DNA of 64,000 nucleotides, taken from Aplysia californica. Lineage: Eukaryota. The stretch's first letter is position 1, and each line of letters opens with the position of its first letter. This document shows positions 35,813 through 47,596 of this stretch, piece by piece. The position numbers and the translations under genes were made by a program. The notes beneath the pieces are model-generated. The model saw nothing but the letters and a program-made list of their open reading frames with translations. It ran no database searches and was not told where the DNA came from. Where the stretch lies: positions 1,814,377 to 1,878,376 of the forward strand of contig NW_004797340.1 of assembly GCF_000002075.1 (NCBI RefSeq), given 5' to 3'.

Positions 35813-36052
35813 GAGTGTCTGTCTACATACACGGTAACTGGGCACTGGGCACCTAGCCTCAGTGTCTACATACACGGTAAACGGTAACCGGACTGGGCAC
35901 CTAGCCTCAATATCTACGTACACGGTAACCGGCAACCGGGCATGTAGTCTCTCTATCAGTACTATCACGTACACGATAACCGGGCAGTCCAGAACTCCAA
36001 GTTCAGTTTTGTCCACAGAATCCAGAACTCCAAGTTCAGTTTTGTCCACAGA
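35813..36052. repeat. Short tandem repeats (about 45-bp unit x3-4, then a 33-bp duplication)
   Basis: GTCTACATACACGGTAAC...GGGCACCTAGCCTCA; TCCAGAACTCCAAGTTCAGTTTTGTCCACAGAA x2. Confidence 0.8.
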
Positions 36053-38464
36053 ATTCTACACTATTGTCATCCGGTGTTGCCTTCATCCCCACCCCTCCCC
36101 CAGCTGTACCTTTTAAAAAAATCAATAATTCCCCCCATTCCGGAGCCCTATACTTTGCAGCGCACAGACTTTGAATGAGCTTTGGTGACCCCAACCGGTA
36201 CTCACAATGTGATGCTCCCGCACAGGTTCACTGACCGGTCACGATGGCGAGCCCGACAAGACGCTTGTACATGTATGACTTTCTTTTTTTTCAGCAAGTG
36301 ACAGCACAGGGCAAATATTGATTTATTTTCATTCCGGTTACCGTGTACATAGACTTATACGTTCTTATACTATCATGCCACCCAGCCGACTACAAGCCCT
36401 CAGGAGATAGAGACCTACTGTCCAGGCCCACAGGTAGCAGATGNNNNNNNNNNNNNNNNNNNNNNNNNNNNNNNNNNNNNNNNNNNNNNNNNNNNNNNNN
36501 NNNNNNNNNNNNNNNNNNNNNNNNNNNNNNNNNNNNNNNNNNNNNNNNNNNNNNNNNNNNNNNNNNNNNNNNNNNNNNNNGCCAAGGAGTTTAGAACTAA
36601 TGGAGCCTCCTCTCTCTCTTCGCGGCGCCGCGAGCAGTACGCCGCGGTGGGGGATCAAATATGGCCGCCGAGTGTGGGCTAAATCTCGAACTGTGGCGTT
36701 TCTTTTTATAGAATCTTATCGGCTGGGCCACGTTGTGGGGGTGGGCGGGGTGGGGGAATGCACGCAAGGAAGAGGGGATGGGGCAGGGATGAAAGAGGAG
36801 GGGCGGGCCTTGGGAAGGGACGAAGGNNNNNNNNNNNNNNNNNNNNNNNNNNNNNNNNNNNNNNNNNNNNNNNNNNNNNNNNNNNNNNNNNNNNNNNNNN
36901 NNNNNNNNNNNNNNNNNNNNNNNNNNNNNNNNNNNNNNNNNNNNNNNNNNNNNNNNNNNNNNNNNNNNNNNNNNNNNNNNNNNNNNNNNNNNNNNNNNNN
37001 NNNNNNNNNNNACGGATTATGACAGGGAGAAAAAAAATTCTGTGTGTGGTACGGACTGTTCAATTCTTTCAGAGTTTTATGTTATAATCTAGTTTAAAAA
37101 TCAAAACGATGTGTAAAATAAGAAGTAAACTTGTCCAAGTAACATAAAATTATCAAACATACCAAATTATAAAGATAATCTTTCAAGATGCTAAAATATG
37201 TAATTATTTGAAATGGATAAAAATATACTTTAAAACTGAATTTAAGTTATTATGATTGCATGATTCTAGGCGTGTGCCATAACTAGCTTAATGTATAAGG
37301 AATAGCGAACACAACAGAGGGTCGATGCCAGCTTTATCTGATTGCTAACAGTATGTCTTGGTCTATAAATAATAATATTATTGAATACAATAATTTTGTT
37401 TCCTGGTTTTCACAAAGTGGAGCGCACAGTGATTTCAAATATTAAAAAAAAAGAGATAACAGCACCTTTGGAGGTGTGATCGCATGCATGAGCGTAGATG
37501 ACCTTTGAAGGTTTTTGGGGTTTTTGTTCAGTAAAGTATAATATGGAGAGCAGCGTTTTTAGTCCCTTATTACACTTGGGGGGGGGGGGGGGGGTAATTT
37601 ATCTTAGTGATGACTCTTGTGTATTAAAATTTGTTGCTGCTTTGTTTATTTTATTTTTTAACAGCAGAATCTTAACTGAACCGGAATTATTGATTGTGGG
37701 ATCTTATGTGAAGACCACAACAAGAGAATTAAACCGAGTATAGTTCTATCTAACAAGACTCAAACTCTTATCCACCCCACCCTACCCTCTCCCCTCATCT
37801 AATATGGTTTGGTGTTTCTTTAACATAGAAAATATTCATCATTATTGTTGTTGAGTATTGATTTCCTATTCTAATGGAGCCTCTAGATATCTACATTTTG
37901 ACAACAGTAGCATCTAATTTGCACACACAATGGAAAGCAATATAAATGTATAATATGTATATACATACACACACATAATAATTATATATAAACACATAAT
38001 AATTTTATATATATATATATATAAGAATACTTTTAAAAATTGAGTATCTCGGTCTTTCTGCTGGGGTGTTGTATCTCTTTCAGCCTGGGTTGGCCTTGGC
38101 AGGTAGCACCAGAGCCAGCCTCTTATGAATGTTAATGATCTAAATTGTGTTGCTGGGGGCATAAAAACACTTTCATTCAATTTTTTAAAAAGGAAAACAA
38201 CTTAACTGTGAAAACTTCGGTCCACTGCAGCATCATATCGGTTCTTACACTTAAATACAACACAGATGCAAGGCATTTTTACTAATTGACTTGCCTAATC
38301 TCAAGGACCTCGGAATAAAACCTTCTTTCTTATCTACATTTCAGTAAGTCGGGCATTCGCTCATCGCAGGTAGACCACAGTTCCGCCGCGAGAGAGGGCT
38401 CCTATCAGGCGTGCAGCGCCGCCCACAGAGCACCCTCCATTACTTTTAATCTCCTTGAAATATA

Positions 38465-39145
38465 CAGTCAAACCTGTGTAAGACGGGCATCCATTGTCAA
38501 GGAGAAAAGTGGCCGTATAAGACAGGTTGCCGTCTTAGGCAGGGCTAATCAAGATTACGAAAACAAACCCCATTCCCATCTGAGGTTCCAATCGAAAGTA
38601 GCCGCTTTGTTTTTGTTTTTGTTGTTGTTGGTTTGTATTTTGTTTGTAATTTTCATTTTGTTGCTGATTTTGCGCAAGGGTGACAATAAAACGAAATGTA
38701 TCAGACGAGGAAGACCGAGTGTCTTGTTAGAACAAACACATGGGTCCCCACCACCCGAGGAACGAGTGACGCTTCTGTCGCAAGTTCAAGTAAACGTCCT
38801 TTGTTACTTTGTTACAGACTGGGTAAACAGTGACCACTCATCTCACTTACGATTTGTGTATGAGTTCTGGGCGGGGGCTTATGGGTTATGAGGGATCACA
38901 CGCTTACCTCATCAGCAGCTGAAAATTGGTACCTATTTGTCAACAGTGGGAGGGCCTACACAACATGATCGGTTGGAGGGACTACCTAACAACTACGAGA
39001 GGGTATTGAATTATGACGGCTCGCCCACCACGCCAGGGGCCAATGCACAATATATGACAAAACGTAATGGAGTCACTAAGGAGGCCGTCTAAGACAGGTG
39101 CTATTGCTTAGTGTAAAAGGGGTTGTGTGTTAAAATATGGTGGCC
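38465..39145. mobile_element. pogo/Tigger-like non-autonomous element (right end in the gap)
   Basis: TA|CAGTCAAACCTGTGTAAGACGG with AAGACAGG subterminal repeats, seen again at about 39085. Confidence 0.55.
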
Positions 39146-40013
39146 NNNNNNNNNNNNNNNNNNNNNNNNNNNNNNNNNNNNNNNNNNNNNNNNNNNNNNN
39201 NNNNNNNNNNNNNNNNNNNNNNNNNNNNNNNNNNNNNNNNNNNNNNNNNNNNNNNNNNNNNNNNNNNNNNNNNNNNNNNNNNNNNNNNNNNNNNNNNNNN
39301 NNNNNNNNNNNNNNNNNNNNNNNNNNNNNNNNNNNNNNNNNNNNNNNNNNNNNNNNNNNNNNNNNNNNNNNNNNNNNNNNNNNNNNNNNNNNNNNNNNNN
39401 NNNNNNNNNNNNNNNNNNNNNNNNNNNNNNNNNNNNNNNNNNNNNNNNNNNNNNNNNNNNNNNNNNNNNNNNNNNNNNNNNNNNNNNNNNNNNNNNNNNN
39501 NNNNNNNNNNNNNNNNNNNNNNNNNNNNNNNNNNNNNNNNNNNNNNNNNNNNNNNNNNNNNNNNNNNNNNNNNNNNNNNNNNNNNNNNNNNNNNNNNNNN
39601 NNNNNNNNNNNNNNNNNNNNNNNNNNNNNNNNNNNNNNNNNNNNNNNNNNNNNNNNNNNNNNNNNNNNNNNNNNNNNNNNNNNNNNNNNNNNNNNNNNNN
39701 NNNNNNNNNNNNNNNNNNNNNNNNNNNNNNNNNNNNNNNNNNNNNNNNNNNNNNNNNNNNNNNNNNNNNNNNNNNNNNNNNNNNNNNNNNNNNNNNNNNN
39801 NNNNNNNNNNNNNNNNNNNNNNNNNNNNNNNNNNNNNNNNNNNNNNNNNNNNNNNNNNNNNNNNNNNNNNNNNNNNNNNNNNNNNNNNNNNNNNNNNNNN
39901 NNNNNNNNNNNNNNNNNNNNNNNNNNNNNNNNNNNNNNNNNNNNNNNNNNNNNNNNNNNNNNNNNNNNNNNNNNNNNNNNNNNNNNNNNNNNNNNNNNNN
40001 NNNNNNNNNNNNN

Positions 40014-40152
40014 CAGAACATTGCTGGAGAGTAGGAAAGGAGGTGAAAGGAGACAAATTTAGAGAAGAAAATTTTTTGATCGATACCCGGATTCGAACCC
40101 GGGACCTTTGAATGAGAGGCGAACACCTTAACCTCTAGGCCACGAGAGCCCC
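40014..40152 (-). mobile_element. SINE family S2 head
   Basis: A and B boxes on the minus strand; remainder lies in the gap. Confidence 0.75.
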
Positions 40153-40209
40153 CGGCGAATCATTGGTCCCTGCTTTCCCTGGGAGGACATTGGAATTTCG
40201 CCTCTATTG

Positions 40210-41480
40210 TTCACTTTTGTCTTTTACTTTTCAACCTCTGTTGCCGTTTGTTAAAAGCGTCGAGGGGAGATGCTGTTTTCTATTGCCGGCCAACTCTGCA
40301 GTTCTTTCAATTGAGATGTTATAGCCTAATTCTCCAGCCTTGACTCTCTCAGTCCTTCTTTTGCGTGGTCCACCCATACTTTTATGGCCTGGGCATTTAA
40401 TTTTAAAGGCTCGATCTCGAGGCTGGCTGGTTTGGTGACATTCGTAACAGGTGGCCAAACCATTTTATTTTCTGTTTTTCTATGAAAAGCAGGCAGGACT
40501 CTGTGCCAATTATTGTTGCTCTTCTTTTTCATTTCTCTGCCCGTCTCTGTTTGAACTTATTGTGATGTTAAGGGTTTTACGGAGACATAATAATATATCA
40601 TCTCCCACACGCTGATTTTGCTTTCAAGGGTTTTACTAACTTGTTCAGGTTTGGCACTGGTAGCATAATATTGGTATAAACATTGAAGTGACAAACTGTC
40701 TCTTTGTGTCCATGGAGATGTTTGGATTAGATAGAAGGGGTGCAATAGCTGGTAGGTGACGGTGTTAGCTTTTTTAGTTCGCATTTCTATTTCTCTATCC
40801 ATACATTATGGACCCGTTTTCAGAAGAAAAAAAGTTAGGCAAGCTATTTAAAGTCCCTGGCCTGTTTAAATTGTTTATAATGAACATGGATGTTCAGGGG
40901 ACTATGATTTCGGTTAAATTTCATAACTTTTGTTTTTGATGTGCCTATTCTTATGTCAAATTTCTCACAGCTGTTGTTCAGTTCGGTATTCGGTAGTGTT
41001 ATTTTGGGGGCTTTGTTGGTTAGGATGAATAAGAAATTGGTCGCCGGCAAGCAGAATTTAAGTTCATTTACACTTTCGGGTTTTGTGTCAATTGCATTAT
41101 TGTTCTCATGCATATTATAAAAAGGGCAGAAGATAAAATGCATCCCTGACGTACTCCAGATCTTACTTTGAAATAGTTTATGTTGCCTCCCTTTGTTCTT
41201 CCTGAGCTTCTACTGTTGGTAGAACTCTAATATTTTCTTACAAGTTGTCTTTTGACGTCATACATTTCAAGTGTCTTCCACAGTTTGATACGGTTTAAGC
41301 TGCCGAAAGCCTTTTCCTGATGATGTTGGATTCCTTGTTGTGCTCGATGGTTTTCTTGCATAGCTGTGTAATATGAATACAGGCTTCGTGCATCGTGCAT
41401 CTTCTTTTCTTTCGGAATCCGAATTGAGCTTCGCTCAGGTTTTTTTTTTTCTCTGCAATTACAGAAAACCAATACATGTA
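40210..41480 (-). mobile_element. Decayed RTE-like LINE, RT and C-terminal region
   Basis: AQFGFRK, EKAFGSLNR and GVRQG remnants, KTKVM, (AAAAGT)-like tail. Confidence 0.75.
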
Positions 41481-41519
41481 CATACTACTTGACTGTCGAT
41501 GAAATATTATTATGCTTCA

Positions 41520-42800
41520 AGGTATGTCAGAAGATGTTCTAGAAGACACAAGTAATTGCTGAGAAGACTGCAAGAACCGCATCTGTAAGACAACATCAAC
41601 TGGAGCTATTGAAGCAGAAACAAAGATTAGGAAGACGCCCAGCAACTGTCAAGGATAGAGGTAAGCAACACTTTCTACCCTTATTAAAGTCCATATAGAG
41701 AGGTTCCCAAGAGTTGAGTCACATAACTGTAGGTCATCTTTGAGTAAGAAGTACCAGCACGCAAGCCTGAACTCACAACAAAGTTAGAGAATGTTCGTGG
41801 AGCAATATATAGTAGACGACACTGTGCCACATTTCAGGATATATTCCAGAATTTTCAAGAAGAAGAACCTGCCTTCCACCATCAAATAAAAAAAAAAAAA
41901 GAAAAAAAAAAAGGACCGACGTTCTTTGTGAGCTTTACTGGCAGTAAAGGGTTGAGGCAACAAATCGAAGGCTGAACATTCGCATTCTCTGACAAGTCAG
42001 TCAGAAACTGAAAGTTAAAGAAGAAAGCAAAGAAAAAGGAAAGCGTGGTGATGGGCTTTTAAGCTTCAATGCTTGATCTTCAACAGGTCATTTACCTTCT
42101 GATATCAACAGAGAGCACCCAGTTTTATTTGAAGAAGAATCTGACCTTTTACAAACTAACAAACAAAAGCTTCCACTGCTTCACTTGGCACGAGGGACTT
42201 ACTTTACTTTTCTTTACTTTTCCGATCCAGCGGCCATTTGGGTTCTAGCCCTTCAGTCTGTCGATATGGCAAAGAATCGGCACGAGGGACAAGTAAGCAT
42301 GGGAGCTCTTTCACAACCTGAAGTACTGTAACTGCACTAAGAAGATACAGAAAGTGAATTTCTTTGCTGACGGCTGTCCTTGCCGAAATAATAATCCAAT
42401 CATGCCAGCGATGCTGGGGTATTCTGTCAGAACATTAAACAGCATGAAATAGATTTTACTCGAATTCTTGGAAATAGCTCATGGACGAAACAAAAGCGAT
42501 GCAGTGCACAGTACATGTACAATAAATACCGCGGTGTCGAGGGCAGGGACAGTTTTGTCCCGACCGAGCTGAGGACACACAGAAAACTTGCAACAGCAAA
42601 ACAACAATTTCACGTGACCCCGATTGGAGCATGGAGATTTCTAGGAATTCAAGGAACTCTCAGTGAATGTTGGTAGACGAAATCATAACCTGAGGTAATA
42701 TTATGGAACAGAGTCAACAAAAAATACCCAGTAACTATTAAAAAAAAACATACAACAGACGGGCTGACCAGTCGTATGAAACCGAGAAAAATCAAGTCAA
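41520..42800 (+). pseudogene. Decayed Sola-like DNA transposase
   Basis: Remnants LDLQQVIYL, QFY, HCFTWHEG, FFADGC, HGRNKSDAVHST in the expected order; boundaries approximate. Confidence 0.65.
42199..42278 (-). mobile_element. 80-bp 5'-truncated retroposon with 12-bp TSD
   Basis: GGCACGAGGGAC at 42187-42198 and 42279-42290; (AAAGT)n tail. Confidence 0.85.
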
Positions 42801-43589
42801 AGACTTTCTATTATCTGTACTGAACCACCATCAGCTCAAGCTTTTTTACAGCCCAGTATAACAAATTAGATTCATTGGGTCGAGGGGGGTGGGNNNNNNN
42901 NNNNNNNNNNNNNNNNNNNNNNNNNNNNNNNNNNNNNNNNNNNNNNNNNNNNNNNNNNNNNNNNNNNNNNNNNNNNNNNNNNNNNNNNNNNNNGGGGGTT
43001 GCACTCCTCATCAGACTGGAGGAAATGTTGGGGTTTTTTATCTTCGCCTCTTTGCCATATAACACTTTTGACAGCAACCACTTGCACTGTGTTTTTGACA
43101 CCGAGTTGCCTCCAGATAATTTCAATCTTTCTTAACAAACACTTGCGCAATTGTTCATGCAGCTGAGCATTAAAAGCTTAAACTTAAATGCTCATGAACA
43201 ACTACCACTACTACCAGTACTACCAGTTGTTATTCAAATTCAATAGATCTACACAGACTTTTAATTCATATTCCTACAAACATTGACTGGGCCTTTCAAA
43301 GATCATCCAGAGAGGGTTAATAGTATTACTGTAAACTCTCTGGTTCATCAAAGGGTTTCGGAGCAAATGCTGTCGTGGTTCAGCATGTAAATGGCGTGAT
43401 TTCCATTTGCTCTTGGGGAAGTCTCTTTATTTGAGTCTCTCGTTCATTCTGTTCAGCTAAGACTTACTAGTGCATCTCACTCAGCCAAAGTTAACCATTT
43501 CAAGCCGGATAAGTAAATACCACTCATTAATTATTTAAATTGTGTCATTTAGGGTATATAAGTACACCTCGTAAACAGTCTTTTTTTTT

Positions 43590-43893
43590 GTAAGTGTTTT
43601 ACGGCGCTCGAAACTGCATAAGGTCATATGAGCGCGAGGGACACATAAAACATTTTCAGTTGGTAGGGAATTTTGAATTTTGCCCGGGTGGCGGCCGAAG
43701 CCTACTCTTATCGATTTTATACCTCCAAGGGATTTTTAACGTGCGCAACTTGTACACGGGACGGCAGACCATTGCTAGAGAACAGGAAAGGAGGTGAAAG
43801 GAGACAATTTAAAGAAGAAAAATTTCCCTCGCATCCAGATTCGAACCTACTGATGAGAGGTGAACACCTTAACCTCTATAGGCCACGACAGCC
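43590..43893 (-). mobile_element. SINE family S2, internally deleted
   Basis: Head and tail of S2 joined without the middle part. Confidence 0.8.
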
Positions 43894-44989
43894 CCCCAAT
43901 AAGGGTTGAAAGTACTCCTTATAAATGGTCCCAATTGTGTCAATGAGAGTAAAAAGTCGTCCTCTTATGACCTTAACTGTATCAGTGATGACCTTAATAC
44001 TGTAACTGATTTTACTTAGGTCAGTCTGAGTGAGAGTAAACAAGAGAAAGTGCAAAGTTAAATTTTTTTTGAAATTCACTATTAACTATTATACTGGATT
44101 GTGGTGCAAGCAATGATGGTTCAAATTCCCAAACTCGCAACCTTGAACTTTGGTGAGAGAGTCCCACCCAGAAAAGTCTGTCGAGTCGGAGGCGAACGTT
44201 ACCTTAGAAGTTCCACCTCCTAAATAAAGTTGCCCACTTTACAAAAGGTGTCAAACAAGCTATAGAAATATCGAAACCTTTACACAACTAGCTGGTTCAC
44301 TTTCATCTGTCCGCGCAAAAAAAAGAAAAGAAAAGATTTTTTAAAATACACCAGTGCGCTCAAATTTGGCACAGCATTTCTGCAGGCCAGCTACCAAGCA
44401 AAGGTTGTTTTTTTTTCCAAACATCTGGATGCAGTAATAAAAAAATATTCTTTATTTCGGCTCTATATAGAACATGACCCTTTCAGGTGCATTCACCGGA
44501 TCAATACTATTCTTACAATAGATGATTTACGGTAACCTAGCCAAAAAAAACAACAACCCCCAACAAAGTATTTTTGAGACAGCGACACCACCCTGCCCTC
44601 TCCTCACATTTTTGTGTAGAGGCATGCATGTAGACTCCTCCGCCCCCCCCCCCCCCCCGACCATCTAGACGTCTTCACATGAGTCTTGAAAAGTACTCAC
44701 CCGACTTTTTGGACCGTGTTTCACAGACGTATAGTGTTGATGAAAATATGTTATTAAGAAAAAAAATTAAAGTGTAATTCTGTTAAGAGATTCCGTTGGT
44801 CACCGACGTTTAGAGGCTCTGACATGCAGTTGCGAGCGCAGTAAAACACTCGCCAAAAACCTACCAACTTTTTGACTCTCTTGAAAAAACCTGAAACGAT
44901 TAGACAGAGCAATTTGTTTTAAATCTTGTTGTAACTACTGACAGACGAAAACGAACAAGGTATGGGGAAATGGCACGGTCCAACAAGAG

Positions 44990-45140
44990 TTAATATGCTT
45001 GCACTGTATGCTTCCCGGGAAGCTGAGAATGTTTCTGAGTTGTATTCTGGGGTCTTCTGGGGTAGTAACAATAGTTGTTAAGGCCACAGAGCATGCTGTA
45101 TAACGTGGATATGTGCTATATAAAGGCAATCATTATTATG
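44990..45140 (+). mobile_element. SINE family S1, 3' part
   Basis: TGCTTGCACTGTATGCTTCCCGGGAAGCTGAGAAT core shared with 28785-28820. Confidence 0.7.
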
Positions 45141-45354
45141 ATTAAGTACGCAAGTAATCGCGACAGGATTAATGCACGCTATGTCATTTTTTTCTGACCA
45201 CTCATCACCGAGCCCTCCGAGGCAACGATTACAAGCAGGTGGGTCTAAAAAGGGATGGTATCGTCTCACTGTTTACCAGCGATCAATCAGAGGTATCGTA
45301 AACGGGTAGGTGGGCTTAAATCACATATGGAGTGGTATCGTCTCTCTGTCTTTT

Positions 45355-45765
45355 TTCTCTAAAATTTTCTCCTCTCACTTCCTTTCCTGCTCTCTCTCAA
45401 TATGCTGTCGTCTGCTTTCGTCTCCACTTTCTGCCCCCACCCGTTCTCCTCCTTCGCCCCCGCCTCTGCGCTCCTGGCTCTTTCTACAGGCTTTCTACTG
45501 CTTCTCCTTGGCCCCTACTTACTGCCGTCTTCAGCCACACCCCTGATCTTCTGGCAGGAAGATCTGCACCTTGCCTTCTTGGACAAGGGCGAAAAATCTC
45601 GGAGGTCCCGTGTGCAAGTTGGTGGTCCAAAATCGATATGAGTAGATCTAGGCTTCGGCCGCAACCCGGGCAAAATTCAAAATTTCCTACCAACTGAAAA
45701 TGTTAGGTGTGTCCGCGCGCTCATATGACCTTATGCAGTTGCGAGCGCCGTAAAACACTTACCAA
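45355..45765 (+). mobile_element. SINE family S2, headless
   Basis: Reverse complement of 11262-11690; inserted in a degenerate GTATCGT repeat. Confidence 0.8.
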
Positions 45766-46461
45766 AAAGAGATCCTATCAGAGGTATCGTAAATGGACAG
45801 GTGAGTAAAAAATGAGTGGTATCGTTTTACCTCTTATCGTCTATCACTCAGTGGTATCGTATACGGGCAGAAGGGTATAAAAGTACAACTCCCAAAATAT
45901 TGTCGTTTATTTCTACTTGTATTTCGACCATCCCAGAAGCGTGCACATTGGGCTCTTATTTTTCACAGTGCCTGCCCTTTCTCTGCGTGTGGTGAGTATT
46001 GTAACTACTTGTTAAAACTTGTAACATTATAGTGTCTTTACAGAAAGAGTTAGCTTTGTAATTGCTCCGTCATTTACAACTTCCGTAGAGGGAAGCAGCG
46101 ACGCCAATACACTAGTAACTAGTAACTTTGTGATTCTTTGATTTTGATCTTGGATTACAGTAGTATTCCCTCGCCATGTCGTAGGCCCTATGTCGTGGTT
46201 CACATTTAGCGGACCCGGTATATCGTGTTTTTCTCAACCCGAAAAATAAAAGACCCCCCCCCCCCCCCCAGCTTTCAGCGTGCCGACCCCCCCCCCCCAC
46301 ACCAAAAACAACAAAACAAAACAAACAAACAAACAAACAAACCCAGCGAAACAAACAAAACAAAACAAAGAACCCAAAAACAAAACAAAAACAGAGACGC
46401 TCTATCGACGCATCATTTGCTCAGAAGCAACCAAACCCCATTATTAAATGTTAAATAATAT

Positions 46462-46800
46462 ACAGATGCGTTGGAGATGTGCTACCGTAGAATGGCCAGA
46501 ATAAGTTGGAAAACAAAAAAGACAAAGAGGTGTGTCAGATTCTACACTCAAGACAAGCCCTGCTGAAAATAATAAAATGTAGAAAAATACAATACTACGG
46601 CCATTTAAAACCTAACGAGACCAAGGTGCTTGAAGGAAAGATGTGGGACAGGAGAGCCAGAGGAAGGCAAAGAATAACATGGATAGACAAAATAAGAACA
46701 TGGACTGGCCTGGATCTGGCAGAATATGCAACGGCAGCTCGCGACCGTGAAAGGTGGAGCCCGGGTCATTACACGTCAACCTCTGAGTCTGAGATGACAC
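46462..46800 (+). mobile_element. RTE LINE 3' fragment
   Basis: YYGHL, EGK...RARGRQRITWID, ARDRERW. Confidence 0.75.
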
Positions 46801-47229
46801 CTCTAGGTATCCAGGCATACAGATGCCAGACCCGCACATATTCTTCTCACATACAAAAACTAGACAGGGGCTTTTCTCTGTAAATGTTGTTACGTAGGTG
46901 ACAACTTAATTGATTATTGATTTATTGAAGGAAAAGGAACCCTTTCAAGTCTACGGCACTGTTCCTGGAGAGGCATTAGAGTGTACTGGTTGCGAAGTTA
47001 CAATATACTTGTATCATGCTGGGAGTGGTGAATGTTTGAATTCAGGATGGCAAAATTTCTATCGAATTCGGGTCGCAGTCTATGCTCTCTAAACAATATA
47101 TCATTTAATTGTTGGCATAATTGGTCCTGAACAACAGACACCATTGGTGGAACGCAAGACAGAGTGAAGTGGAGGTCCATGATCGCCCACGCCAGTCGGC
47201 AAGGCACCAGATGAGGATAATTGGTCCTA

Positions 47230-47425
47230 CCGGTGTCTGTGGTGTAGCTGTTAGGCGCTTCGCCGTTGCCCACTGAAGACCCGCGTTCGATTGTCGAGTG
47301 GAAATTTTAAAAAATCTAATATCACGGTCCTTTTTGCTAGGATGTTGTATTCTTCTTAGCCCGGGTTGGCCTTGACAAGCAGGGCCGAAGCCCGTTTTCT
47401 AAATGGTCTAAACTGTGTCGATCAT
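47230..47425 (+). mobile_element. SINE family S3
   Basis: tRNA-like head (TGGTGTAGC...GTTCGATT); body shared with 8205-8405. Confidence 0.6.
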
Positions 47426-47596
47426 CGACTCGATGGGCGTAAACGGCAGCTACTTAAGAAATGGAATTTATCTCTTGGAACTATTTCTTATCCGAATACA
47501 ATTTTGATACAGAGACCCTCATTCATTTTGATTCCCTCTTTAAAAAAACATCCAATATAATTTTAAAATAAATTTACTTCCTCAGACATTTCAGGC

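Noticed and set aside
39101-40126. Long ORFs spanning N runs (also 4428-5073, 36343-37087, 53366-53731, 54581-55483)
   Set aside because: Artefacts of translating unknown bases.
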